Virus record (IMG/VR): IMGVR_UViG_3300022602_000025
Source of the DNA: a virus
Taxonomy: Duplodnaviria > Caudoviricetes
DNA: 64,000 bases
Strand: one strand, 5' to 3'
In this document: positions 8,414 through 17,934 of the stretch, one piece after another
Layout: every line of letters starts with the position of its first letter
Position numbering within the stretch: position 1 is the stretch's first letter
The notes under the pieces: generated by a model
What the model was told of the DNA's origin: nothing
Seen by the model: only the letters and a program-made list of their open reading frames with translations
Database searches by the model: none
Position numbers and translations under genes: made by a program

Positions 8414-10912
8414 ATGGCCGATTACGCATCAGAACAGACCTTACAGGATTTACTACAAGTCGCACAAGCGATGAATGTAAATCTGACCAAGATTTCATCA
8501 ACTTTGGTAAAAACTAATCAGTCTGAAGAAAAGAAAACTTCAGGATCTAGCGGTGCTAGCTCAGGAGTTGTTGATACACTAGCAGGACAATTTAGTAAAT
8601 TTGTTCCTGTAGCAAAAGCCGTAGGAGTAGCATTTGATTTATTAGGACCTGCGGTAAGCCTAGTAGCAAAAGCATTTTCAGGACTGTTTGGTATTCTGGG
8701 TAGTCTAGCATCTACAGTGGGTAATGTACTAGGAATACTTAAAGATTTTGCTCTTGCAGCCGCAACAGGCGAAATGAAACTTAGCCAATTAGCTGATGTC
8801 ATGGGAGACCTTGCGTCTCAAGTTCCGCTAGTTGGCGGAGTATTAAAGATGCTATTTGACATTGGCGGCATGGCGATCAAGCGTCAAGAAGAAAATCTTG
8901 AAATTTATCGTAAGCTAACCGCAGGCGGTATGGCCTTAAATGCAGATTTTGAAACCCTAAGAGATACAGCAAGATTAACTGGACTTACTCTTAGCGAGTA
9001 TCAGGCGGTTATGTCAGATCCTAAATTTGGTCAGGCATTAGCTACAATGACAGGCGATGTTGAATCAGGGCGACTACTATTCAACAAGAATATGAAATCG
9101 TTTATGGGAGAAGGTAGCGAATTTAGAAAAGCTATCTACGGATTAGGGTATACTACACAACAAGCGGCCGGAATCATGGAAGTATTCATGATGGGGCAAG
9201 GTAGTATTACTAAAAAAGGATTACAGGACAGCAGAGTAGTTGCAGAAGGTGCTACAAATCTCGCACAAGAAATGACATTCTTAAGCGAAGTAACTGGTAA
9301 ACGCAGAGAACAAATAGAAGCAGAATTAAAAGAAGCTACAGAAGAAGCCAACTGGAAAGCATTTACAGCAGGACTAGATCCTAAAGCAGCCGCTAATGCA
9401 ACTACCGCTGTAGCAGACGCACTAGCAAAATTTGGTCCAGATGGTGCTAAAGCAGTTAAACTAGCTATCCAAACAGGTATTACTACTCCAGTTAACGAAG
9501 CTGGTGTTAGAATGAACGTAGCGTCTAAAGGACAATTTAGACAATATTTAGAAAACGCTAAAAATATTAATGAATCTGCTGATCAATTTCAATCAGGTAT
9601 AGATAGAGGTACACTAGCAGCGGCTAATGGTATCAAACAAATGCACGACCAACTAGGTGTTACTAACAACATCATGGTCGCTCAAGGTAAAGGCATTATC
9701 AACGGCCAGATGCAGAATCTAGCTAACCAACGAAGCCAATACAAATCTGATGCAGAATATCTAGAAGCAATGAGCAAACTACATGCAAAAACTAAAGATA
9801 CTGCTGGAAATCAAGCTGCTCAAATGGGTGACTTAACACAGAATTTACGAGATGTAGGTAACGTAATTGACAGAATTATGGGTACCTTATTAGGACCATT
9901 CTTAAAACCAATGTTAGCTATGTCTGGAAAGTTTGAAGCTGTGTCGTTAACTTTTGCACACATAATTGAACCATACGTTACTAGATTTGGTGCCGCATTT
10001 AAAGCGTTTACTGACAAGTTTGAGAATATCCATAGTTGGGACGAATTTAAAACAGCATTGTTACAATTCTGGGACGATACTAAAAAGATATTTGGCCCTG
10101 CTGTCCATGAACTGTGGGAATCAACTAAACCTATATTGTATTCCGCCATCAAAGAACTATTTGATTTCTTATGGCAAGCGATCAAAGGTGCTGTTATTCC
10201 TCGTTGGATGCGATCAGATACTGACATGGAAAAAGCAGAAGATGCCGCAAAGAAAAAACAACAGCAAGAAGAAACTCTACAAAAAATTAATGATAACATC
10301 ATTAAATTAGAAAAAGAAAAAGCAGCCTTAGGTGACGGATTCTGGGATAGACAGAAAAAAGGTATACTTGATAACCAAATTAATCAACAAAAACAATGGA
10401 AGGGCCGTGTAGAAAAAGACATGGGGGTAACTCCTTCTAGTCAACCTGCTGCAAATCAATCATCTGCAGAAGCACCAAAAGTTGATCAAGCAACCAATAT
10501 TAGAAATTGGGCATACAGCATGATGATTGGTGCTACTCCCGATGACGCTAGCAAAGTTCCAGCAAGCATTAAAGATGATGTTCTTAAGATTTACAATAAT
10601 CCAGATGCTAATCTTAAAGCACAGGCTGCAAGTTTCAAAGCTGCAGAAGCTAAGAAAATTGCAGATCAAAAAGCCGCACAAGAAAGAGAAGCTGCTGATA
10701 AGAAAGCCGCAGATGCTAAAGCTGCCGCAGAGAAAAAAGATCAAAAACCTGCAGATGCACCGGCGGCTTCGGTCCAAGAACCTAAACAAGATCCTATTAC
10801 TGCGTTAAATACTAACATAGCAAGACTAATTGCAGTTAATACCAGAACAGCAGAAGCAACAGAAAAAACCGCAACTACGCTAGCGTCAAACGGTAATCTG
10901 TTTAGAAAATAA
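8414..10912 (+). CDS. Tape-measure-like / baseplate hub protein
   Basis: 832 aa, Ala/Gly-rich helical with hydrophobic stretches; divergent from gp26-like and upstream of the portal. Confidence 0.6.
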   Translation: MADYASEQTLQDLLQVAQAMNVNLTKISSTLVKTNQSEEKKTSGSSGASSGVVDTLAGQFSKFVPVAKAVGVAFDLLGPAVSLVAKAFSGLFGILGSLASTVGNVLGILKDFALAAATGEMKLSQLADVMGDLASQVPLVGGVLKMLFDIGGMAIKRQEENLEIYRKLTAGGMALNADFETLRDTARLTGLTLSEYQAVMSDPKFGQALATMTGDVESGRLLFNKNMKSFMGEGSEFRKAIYGLGYTTQQAAGIMEVFMMGQGSITKKGLQDSRVVAEGATNLAQEMTFLSEVTGKRREQIEAELKEATEEANWKAFTAGLDPKAAANATTAVADALAKFGPDGAKAVKLAIQTGITTPVNEAGVRMNVASKGQFRQYLENAKNINESADQFQSGIDRGTLAAANGIKQMHDQLGVTNNIMVAQGKGIINGQMQNLANQRSQYKSDAEYLEAMSKLHAKTKDTAGNQAAQMGDLTQNLRDVGNVIDRIMGTLLGPFLKPMLAMSGKFEAVSLTFAHIIEPYVTRFGAAFKAFTDKFENIHSWDEFKTALLQFWDDTKKIFGPAVHELWESTKPILYSAIKELFDFLWQAIKGAVIPRWMRSDTDMEKAEDAAKKKQQQEETLQKINDNIIKLEKEKAALGDGFWDRQKKGILDNQINQQKQWKGRVEKDMGVTPSSQPAANQSSAEAPKVDQATNIRNWAYSMMIGATPDDASKVPASIKDDVLKIYNNPDANLKAQAASFKAAEAKKIADQKAAQEREAADKKAADAKAAAEKKDQKPADAPAASVQEPKQDPITALNTNIARLIAVNTRTAEATEKTATTLASNGNLFRK

Positions 10913-10921
10913 GGATAATTT

Positions 10922-12649
10922 ATGAGTTGGAAAAAGTACTTCACTCCTGTTAATACACAAGGTACACTAAGCCCTATCAGTGGTTCTGGAGGAAGCAGAG
11001 CAAATCCTACTCGCACAAACTACAGTTCATATTTGCCAGATGTTTATTCAGGACATCCAAATCGTTTAGAACGATATGGTCAATATGACACTATGGACAG
11101 CGACAGTGAAGTTAATGCAGCCTTAGATATTCTAGCTGAATTCTGTACACAAATGAACGAAGAAAACGGTACTCCGTTTGAACTGTTCTTTAAAGAAAAT
11201 GCTACTTCAACTGAAGTTAAGATCCTTAAGAAGTACCTACAACAGTGGTCTAAGCTAAACAAATTTCCTAAACGTATCTTTAAATTAGTACGTAATGCGT
11301 TCAAATACGGTGACGTATTCTTTATACGTGATCCAGAAACTCTAGCATGGTTATACATTGATCCTGCTAAGATTGACAAGATCATTGTTAATGAAAGTGA
11401 CGGCAAACAACCTGAACAGTATGTTGTCCGTGATCTAAACATTAACCTACAGAACTTAACAGTTACACAAATCACACCTACAAACCAAACAAGCGGTCCT
11501 GGCGGTTCAGGTTTTACTACAAATAACGCACAGCAACGTGGTATGGTAGGTACATATAACCAAGCAAATAACGGCGGACGCTTTGCTATTAACCAACAGC
11601 AATACGCAATCGACGCAAAACATGTCATTCATTTGTCAATGAGTGAAGGTTTAGACAACAACTTTCCTTTTGGAAATTCACTTTTAGAGTCAATTTTCAA
11701 AGTCTATAAGCAAAAAGAATTGCTTGAAGACGCTATTATTATCTATCGTGTGCAACGTGCTCCAGAGCGTAGAGTGTTCTATATTGACGTAGGTAACATG
11801 CCTAGTCACTTGGCTATGGGATTTGTTGAACGTGTTAAGAACGAAGTTAACCAGCGCCGTATACCGTCTTTAACAGGCGGTGGCACTAGCGTCATAGACG
11901 CTAGTTACAATCCACTAAGCATCAATGAAGATTACTTCTTCCCACAAACATCAGAAGGTCGTGGCTCTAAAGTAGAACTATTACCGGGTGGTACGAACTT
12001 AGGAGAAATTGATGATTTACGATATTTTACTAATAAGTTGTTTAGGGCTCTTCGTATTCCTTCCAGTTACTTACCTACTGGTCCAGATGATGGCGGTAGC
12101 AGTTTTAACGATGGCCGAGTGGGAACAGCTTACATACAAGAATTACGATTCAACAAATACTGCGAAAGACTACAATCACTATTAAACGAACAATTTAACA
12201 ACGAGTTTAAGGCATACTTGAACCAACGCGGTATCAACATTGATCCTAATTTATTCGACGTTAAATTTAATCCACCACAAAACTTTGCGTCTTATCGCCA
12301 AGCAGAAATGGATACAGCCCGTGTAGGTACATTTGGTACTATGGTTGGAATTCCGTTCATGAGCAAACGCTTTGCTATGAAACGTTTCCTAGGTTTAACA
12401 GCAGAAGAAATTGCAGAAAACCAAGAAATGTGGCAAGAAGAAAACCTAGAAAGCAACAAAGGCAAGATGGATGCTAATGCTGAATTACGTTCTGCAGGTG
12501 TTACATCTGCTGGCGCCCAGCAGGATCTAGGTGATATAGACGACCTAAGTCAACCTCCAGAAGGTATGGAAGATGATATGGGTGCTGAAGCTGCTCCTGG
12601 AGCAGGTCAAGCAAGTCCTAGTGCTCCTCAAAGCACTCCACCAGCCTAA
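10922..12649 (+). CDS. gp20: Portal vertex protein
   Basis: LLEDAIIIYRVQRAPERRVFYIDVGNMP, EDYFFP..SEGRGSKVELLPGG.NLGEIDDLRYF.NKLFRALRIPSS. Confidence 0.96.
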   Translation: MSWKKYFTPVNTQGTLSPISGSGGSRANPTRTNYSSYLPDVYSGHPNRLERYGQYDTMDSDSEVNAALDILAEFCTQMNEENGTPFELFFKENATSTEVKILKKYLQQWSKLNKFPKRIFKLVRNAFKYGDVFFIRDPETLAWLYIDPAKIDKIIVNESDGKQPEQYVVRDLNINLQNLTVTQITPTNQTSGPGGSGFTTNNAQQRGMVGTYNQANNGGRFAINQQQYAIDAKHVIHLSMSEGLDNNFPFGNSLLESIFKVYKQKELLEDAIIIYRVQRAPERRVFYIDVGNMPSHLAMGFVERVKNEVNQRRIPSLTGGGTSVIDASYNPLSINEDYFFPQTSEGRGSKVELLPGGTNLGEIDDLRYFTNKLFRALRIPSSYLPTGPDDGGSSFNDGRVGTAYIQELRFNKYCERLQSLLNEQFNNEFKAYLNQRGINIDPNLFDVKFNPPQNFASYRQAEMDTARVGTFGTMVGIPFMSKRFAMKRFLGLTAEEIAENQEMWQEENLESNKGKMDANAELRSAGVTSAGAQQDLGDIDDLSQPPEGMEDDMGAEAAPGAGQASPSAPQSTPPA

Positions 12650-12662
12650 TCTAATTTTGGGC

Positions 12663-12668
12663 TAAATA
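12663..12668 (+). promoter_or_regulatory. Late promoter core TAAATA, 5 nt before ATG
   Basis: GCTAAATACCCTTATG; no SD. Confidence 0.55.
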
Positions 12669-12673
12669 CCCTT

Positions 12674-12916
12674 ATGCTATTAAGAGAATTTGTTTATTTT
12701 AATGATGAAGATGCTGATCAACAGCAGGATAAGCGTTACGATCCTGACTCTGATAAAAGCATATTGAGTATCAAAGATACTCGTAAAACACGCTTGACTC
12801 TTAAGATGCTGAATCAACTTCGCCTTGCAGGTGAAGCACGAGAACAAGAAACCGAAGAAGAATTAGCTTTAGTTAGAGAGATGTATAAAAATCCTCCAGC
12901 TGAAGTTCAGGCCTAA
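12674..12916 (+). CDS. Small head-module protein (possible prohead core component)
   Basis: 80 aa between the portal and the acidic core protein; assigned from position only. Confidence 0.6.
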   Translation: MLLREFVYFNDEDADQQQDKRYDPDSDKSILSIKDTRKTRLTLKMLNQLRLAGEAREQETEEELALVREMYKNPPAEVQA

Positions 12917-13015
12917 AACTGCCATTTTAATTTAATTTTCGGCTCGATAAATATCTCGTTTGAGCCAAAACGATCGATTTTTGGCCTATTTCGCATAAGT
13001 AATTCAATAGTGCTG

Positions 13016-13021
13016 TAAATA
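13016..13021 (+). promoter_or_regulatory. Late promoter core TAAATA
   Basis: Upstream of the AAGGAG SD at about 13049; a second copy lies at 12948-12953. Confidence 0.55.
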
Positions 13022-13063
13022 TAATACACAGCCTTGCCTGCTGATACTAAGGAGAAAAATCAC

Positions 13064-14128
13064 ATGTCAACAAAGTTTGAACAATTACTGGACTATCTAG
13101 TAAACGAAGAAACTGATAAAGCCAATGAGCTTTTTCATGAAATCGTTGTAGAGAAGTCACGAGAAATATACCAAAATCTTATCGCTGAAGAAGAAGAAGC
13201 GGAAATGGACGAAGCATCTGAAGAAGATGATGAATCTATGGAAGAAGCCGCTGAAGAAGAAGACGATGAGTCTGTAGAAGAGTCTGTAGAAGACGAAACT
13301 GTAGAATCAATGTTCGGAGAAGAAGAAGACGAATTCCCAATTCAAGATAAAACAGACGACCTAGAAGGTGATACAATGGATCACGATGCTATGGGCGGCG
13401 ACGATGAATTTGGCGGCGACGAAGGTGGCGACGGCACAGCTCCAGCTACTAAAGATGACGTACAAGATCTTGAAGATGCTCTAGAAGAACTAAAAGCTGA
13501 ATTTGAAGCTCTTATGTCTGCAGAGCGCAATGAAGAAGAAAACGAACCAGGCGTTCATGATGACGAAACTGGCCATGATCCTTTAGATGATGTTGACGGC
13601 GGTGCCGAAGACGACGAAGAAGGTGATGAAGAAGGTGAAGAAGACGACGAGGGCGAAAGCATGAAAGAAAGCCGCGGAGCTAAGTCACAAGGCGAAATGA
13701 TGCGCGAATACATCGAAAAAGTTGCTGTAACAATGGCAGACGGTGAAGGCGTTGGATCAGGTCGTGGTGATAAAGCTGGACAAACAGGTCACGATAGTGG
13801 CAAGAGCCCAATCAGCTCTGGTTCAGGTAAACCAACAAGCGGTGCAAATGCTAAAAACATAGCACAAGCTGGTAAAGGTGCTGACGAAGACGGTCAAAAA
13901 CCACACGGTAAGTTAGGTGGTGTATTGAAGAAAGGTGCTGACGTTCCACACATGGGTGACTTTGAAAACGTTGAGAAATCAAGCCGTTCTACAAAGAACA
14001 TTTTTAGCACAGCTAAGAAACCAGCAAGTGGCGAAGGTCACGGCGTTGGTGCACAGACTGGTGGCGAAAAAGCAGGTCAAACAGGCGGTAGTACAAATAC
14101 TAAGTCTGTAGTTGACAAGAAACTATAA
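13064..14128 (+). CDS. Acidic prohead core protein (gp67-like)
   Basis: Extremely D/E-rich and located before the prohead protease. The likely start is the ATG at 13064 after AAGGAG, not the TTG at 13034. Confidence 0.65.
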   Translation: MSTKFEQLLDYLVNEETDKANELFHEIVVEKSREIYQNLIAEEEEAEMDEASEEDDESMEEAAEEEDDESVEESVEDETVESMFGEEEDEFPIQDKTDDLEGDTMDHDAMGGDDEFGGDEGGDGTAPATKDDVQDLEDALEELKAEFEALMSAERNEEENEPGVHDDETGHDPLDDVDGGAEDDEEGDEEGEEDDEGESMKESRGAKSQGEMMREYIEKVAVTMADGEGVGSGRGDKAGQTGHDSGKSPISSGSGKPTSGANAKNIAQAGKGADEDGQKPHGKLGGVLKKGADVPHMGDFENVEKSSRSTKNIFSTAKKPASGEGHGVGAQTGGEKAGQTGGSTNTKSVVDKKL

Positions 14129-14145
14129 TTAGGAATTCAAGATAG

Positions 14146-14772
14146 ATGCTATATCTACGTGAACATTTAAGTTTTGACCAAGCTCGTGTCGTATTGGAGA
14201 GTGATGAGAAGGACGGCGGAAAAAACCTTTACCTAAAAGGTATCTGCATCCAAGGTGGCATACGCAACGCTAACCAGCGTGTGTATCCAGTCTCCGAGAT
14301 AGGCAATGCTGTAAAGACTCTAAACGACCAGATTCAAAACGGTTATAGTGTTCTAGGAGAAGTAGATCATCCAGATGACCTTAAAGTAAATTTGGACCGC
14401 GTTAGTCACATGATTACAGATATGTGGATGGACGGTCCAAACGGATACGGCAAGATGAAAGTCTTGCCTACCCCGATGGGTAACTTAATTCGTACTATGC
14501 TTGAAGCAGGTGTAAAACTTGGCGTAAGCTCTCGTGGTAGCGGAAACGTTAACGAGTCTACAGGCGAAGTAGCCGACTTTGAGATAATCACAGTCGATAT
14601 AGTTGCTCAACCAAGCGCACCCGGCGCATATCCAACTCCAATTTATGAGCATCTCATGAATAACAAAGGTGGTTATGGTGCATGGCGTGTTGCCCAGGAA
14701 GTTAAAGAAGATCCAAAGGCCCAGAAATACATTCGTGAATCATTAATGAATGTTATTAAGGGTTTAAAATAA
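14146..14772 (+). CDS. gp21: Prohead core protease
   Basis: NANQRVYP, LGEVDHP, GVSSRGSG, DIVAQPSAPGAYP. Confidence 0.95.
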   Translation: MLYLREHLSFDQARVVLESDEKDGGKNLYLKGICIQGGIRNANQRVYPVSEIGNAVKTLNDQIQNGYSVLGEVDHPDDLKVNLDRVSHMITDMWMDGPNGYGKMKVLPTPMGNLIRTMLEAGVKLGVSSRGSGNVNESTGEVADFEIITVDIVAQPSAPGAYPTPIYEHLMNNKGGYGAWRVAQEVKEDPKAQKYIRESLMNVIKGLK

Positions 14773-14782
14773 GGAGAACAGG

Positions 14783-15877
14783 ATGTTGGACGCATTCAAA
14801 CAATTGGTAGAAAGTGGTGTAATGTCAGAGCAAGTTAAGTCTGAAATTGAATCTGCCTTCAGTCAAAAAATTCAAGAGAATCGCGACCAAGTCACAGCAG
14901 AACTTCGTGAAGAGTTTGCTCAGAAATATGAACACGATAAAGGTGTTATGATCGAGTCACTTGACAAGATGTTAAACGACAGACTTGCCGCTGAAATGGC
15001 AGAGTTGGCTGAGGATAAACGTGCATTAGCAGAAGCAACAGCTAAGTACGCTGAAAAAATGGGAAGTGACGCTAAAGTCATGGAAGCATTTATGTCTCAT
15101 CAACTAGCCAAAGAGATGGTGGAATTCCAAAATGATCGCAAGAAAGTTTCTGAGAATTTCCAAAAACTTGAACAATTCGTAGTACACGCATTGGCAAGAG
15201 AAATTGCAGACTTTGCAGAAGACAAACGTGATCTAGCTGAAACGAAAGTTAAGTTAGTTGCGGGTGCTAAAGCAAAATTTGCTGAAGTAAAACAACAATT
15301 CATTAATAAAGCAGCTAAAACTGTACAAGAAACAGTTGAAAAAGGTCTACGTACTGAAATCAAACAGTTACGTGAAGACATTGATTCAGCTCGTACAAAT
15401 AGTTTTGGTCGCAGAATTTTTGAAGCGTTCGCTCAAGAGTTTCAAGGTTCATTCCTAAACGAAAAATCAGATACAGCTCGTCTGTTGAAGATTGTAGATA
15501 AGAAAGAAAAAGAAATTGCTGAGGCACAAGCTGCTCTAGCTCAAACACAAAAACTAGCAGAATCTAAAGAACGTGAATTACGTGTTCAGAAAGATCTAAT
15601 GGAACGTGCTAAAGTAATGGGCGAATTGTTGGCACCTTTAAGTGCTGATAAAAAAGAGGTTATGGGTAGTTTACTAGAGTCTGTACAGACAAGTAAATTA
15701 AACATAGCATTTGACAAATACCTACCCGCAGTCATGGAAGGCGCAACTAAGAAAGCAACGGTAAAAGCTGTTATTACAGAAGGTACCGAAGTAACTGGTG
15801 ATCGCGAAGTACGCAAGTCTGAGGTAGGCTTAGACAATATTTTAGACATCCGCAAGTTAGCGGGTCTATCTAAATAA
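14783..15877 (+). CDS. gp22: Prohead scaffolding protein
   Basis: Long E/K-rich coiled coil between the protease and the major capsid gene. Confidence 0.85.
   Translation: MLDAFKQLVESGVMSEQVKSEIESAFSQKIQENRDQVTAELREEFAQKYEHDKGVMIESLDKMLNDRLAAEMAELAEDKRALAEATAKYAEKMGSDAKVMEAFMSHQLAKEMVEFQNDRKKVSENFQKLEQFVVHALAREIADFAEDKRDLAETKVKLVAGAKAKFAEVKQQFINKAAKTVQETVEKGLRTEIKQLREDIDSARTNSFGRRIFEAFAQEFQGSFLNEKSDTARLLKIVDKKEKEIAEAQAALAQTQKLAESKERELRVQKDLMERAKVMGELLAPLSADKKEVMGSLLESVQTSKLNIAFDKYLPAVMEGATKKATVKAVITEGTEVTGDREVRKSEVGLDNILDIRKLAGLSK
15871..15876 (+). promoter_or_regulatory. Late promoter core TAAATA for the capsid gene
   Basis: Overlaps the end of gp22; AGGAG SD follows. Confidence 0.55.
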
Positions 15878-15903
15878 TATAATATTCAAGGAGATATATT
15901 AAA

Positions 15904-17082
15904 ATGTCACAACTTCTGAACGAAAGATGGTCAGATACCAAAGAAGCTCTACTTGAAGGCCTACAAGGTAACCGTCGTGCTTCGATGAGCGTATGCTTAG
16001 AAAATACACGTAAGTACTTGGCTGAAAGTGCAACTTCAGGTGCAACTTCTGCGGGTAACATCGCAACATTAAACCGCGTGATTCTTCCAGTAATCCGTCG
16101 TGTTATGCCAACAGTTATCGCTAATGAAATTATTGGCGTTCAACCTATGACTGGTCCAGTGGCTCAGATCCATACATTACGTGTTCGTTACGCTGATCAA
16201 GGTAACAACGTAGTAGCTGGTGAAGAAGCACTAAGCCCATTCAAGATCGCTGCTGCTTATTCTGGTAACGATGTAGATTCTACTCCAGCTGCTAATTCAA
16301 CAGCTGCCTTAGAAGGTACACCAGGCCGTAAGATGAGCATTCAAATCTTGAAAGCTCCAGTAGAAGCTAAGTCACGCAAGCTATCAGCTCGCTGGACATT
16401 TGAAGCTGCTCAAGATGCACAAGCCCAACAAGGTATTGACATCGAAGCAGAAATCATGGCTGCATTGGCTCAAGAAATTACAACTGAAATCGACCAAGAA
16501 ATCTTAGCAAGTCTAAGCGCATTGGCTGGTGTTGAAGAATACTATGACCAATCATTAGTTTCTGGTACAGCTACATTCGTTGGTGATGAACACGCTGCTT
16601 TAGCGATTCAAATCAACCGTGTTGCAAACTTAATTGCTCAACGCACACGTCGTGGTGCTGGTAACTGGGCAGTTGTTTCTAACTTAGCTCTTACAATTTT
16701 ACAATCTGCTACTACAAGCGCATTTGCTCGTACAACAGAAGGTACATTTGAAGCACCTACAAACACTAAGTTTGTTGGTACATTGAATGGCGCTATGCGT
16801 ATCTATGTAAACAGCTATATGCCTGACACAGGTCGTGACAACGATCAGGTTCTTATTGGTTATAAAGGTGCTAGCGAAGCTGACGCAGCTGCGTTCTACT
16901 GCCCATATATTCCTCTAATGAGCTCTGGTGTTGTTCTAGATCCAACAACATTCGAACCAGTAGTTGGCTTCTTAACACGCTACGGCTATGTTGAGTTGAC
17001 AAACACTGCTTCATCTCTAGGTAACGCTGCTGACTACTTAGGCAAAGTATCTATTACTTCTGCTAACGTAAGCTTCAAGTAA
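15904..17082 (+). CDS. gp23: Major capsid protein
   Basis: GVQPMTGP, SRKLSARWTFEAAQD, EIDQEI, AAAFYCPYIPL, GFLTRYG. Confidence 0.97.
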   Translation: MSQLLNERWSDTKEALLEGLQGNRRASMSVCLENTRKYLAESATSGATSAGNIATLNRVILPVIRRVMPTVIANEIIGVQPMTGPVAQIHTLRVRYADQGNNVVAGEEALSPFKIAAAYSGNDVDSTPAANSTAALEGTPGRKMSIQILKAPVEAKSRKLSARWTFEAAQDAQAQQGIDIEAEIMAALAQEITTEIDQEILASLSALAGVEEYYDQSLVSGTATFVGDEHAALAIQINRVANLIAQRTRRGAGNWAVVSNLALTILQSATTSAFARTTEGTFEAPTNTKFVGTLNGAMRIYVNSYMPDTGRDNDQVLIGYKGASEADAAAFYCPYIPLMSSGVVLDPTTFEPVVGFLTRYGYVELTNTASSLGNAADYLGKVSITSANVSFK

Positions 17083-17101
17083 TCCTAAGAGGGATCACAA
17101 A

Positions 17102-17133
17102 AACAAAAACCCGCTTTATGCGGGTTTTTTGTT
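17102..17133. terminator. Bidirectional intrinsic terminator
   Basis: AACAAAAACCCGC-TTTAT-GCGGGTTTTTTGTT between the convergent gp23 and GH19 genes. Confidence 0.88.
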
Positions 17134-17150
17134 GACTTAAAAAATTACGA

Positions 17151-17789
17151 TTAACTGTTGTCTGCTAAAATATCACAGAACGCATTGTACTTTTGTGTAC
17201 GCTCTTCTAAGCCAATGTAACCACCATTGATACGATGTGTGATTTCTTTAATATCATCAGCGTCAGCCCAAGCATTTAAGCCATGAGCGTTCCAGAACCA
17301 ACAAGCACCTACAACACACCCTTCTTTGCTTTCTAGCCAATCAGGACTATCTAAAAGACGTCCGTCACCAAATACAGCTTTAGAACATGCTAGATAATTA
17401 TCATGTCCTGTTAGTTGAACGATACCGCGACCACGGAAACGATATCCATCGCCTGACGCTTCATCACGGTTGCCCATGCGATTACCGTAGATGCGATTAG
17501 CAATAGCTTCTGGATTATGTGCATACTGGCTAGCTGTAGCTTCATCAGGGAAATAATGCGGAAATACACGCATTAATCCTTGTGCTTGATAATTTAAGTT
17601 TTCATGAGTAACGGTAAAGTCCATACTCTCATGAGAACATTGAGCTAAAAAAGCAGCGGCACGTTGTACGGTGTTAATCTCAAAGTGTTCTAATTGTGCG
17701 TACACAACTGGAAACCATTGATCAATTTCTCTGTTTTTAGCAAGACATTCTTGTAACTTGTCTTGTGTAAAATTAAATGCAAACGGCAT
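17151..17789 (-). CDS. Glycoside hydrolase family 19 (endolysin)
   Basis: AAAFLAQCSHES, YGNRMGN, GDGYRFRGRGIVQLTG.DNY, ITHRINGG.IGL.ER. Confidence 0.92.
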   Translation of the reverse strand: MPFAFNFTQDKLQECLAKNREIDQWFPVVYAQLEHFEINTVQRAAAFLAQCSHESMDFTVTHENLNYQAQGLMRVFPHYFPDEATASQYAHNPEAIANRIYGNRMGNRDEASGDGYRFRGRGIVQLTGHDNYLACSKAVFGDGRLLDSPDWLESKEGCVVGACWFWNAHGLNAWADADDIKEITHRINGGYIGLEERTQKYNAFCDILADNS

Positions 17790-17814
17790 TATGTGCCTCC
17801 TTTTAATGTATGTT

Positions 17815-17844
17815 TATTTATAGATACCTTTGTTACACTAAATA
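17815..17844. promoter_or_regulatory. Back-to-back late promoters
   Basis: TATAAATA on - (17815-17822) toward GH19; TAAATA on + (17839-17844) toward 17935. Confidence 0.65.
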
Positions 17845-17853
17845 TAATGTATG

Positions 17854-17910
17854 ATTCACATGGGGTGAATTTTATGCGGAAATCCAACCGCGTACGGCCT
17901 AGAACGCCGT
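17854..17910 (+). promoter_or_regulatory. Structured 5' leader with three consecutive hairpins
   Basis: ATTCAC/GTGAAT, TATGCGG/CCGCGTA and ACGGC/GCCGT between the late promoter and the AAGGAG SD. Confidence 0.5.
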
Positions 17911-17934
17911 TATATTCTTTTAAGGAGAAACGAA

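Noticed and set aside
12941-12966. GGCTC...GAGCC inverted repeat enclosing a TAAATA motif
   Set aside because: Only 5 bp with a long loop; could arise by chance, so it is not reported as a regulatory element
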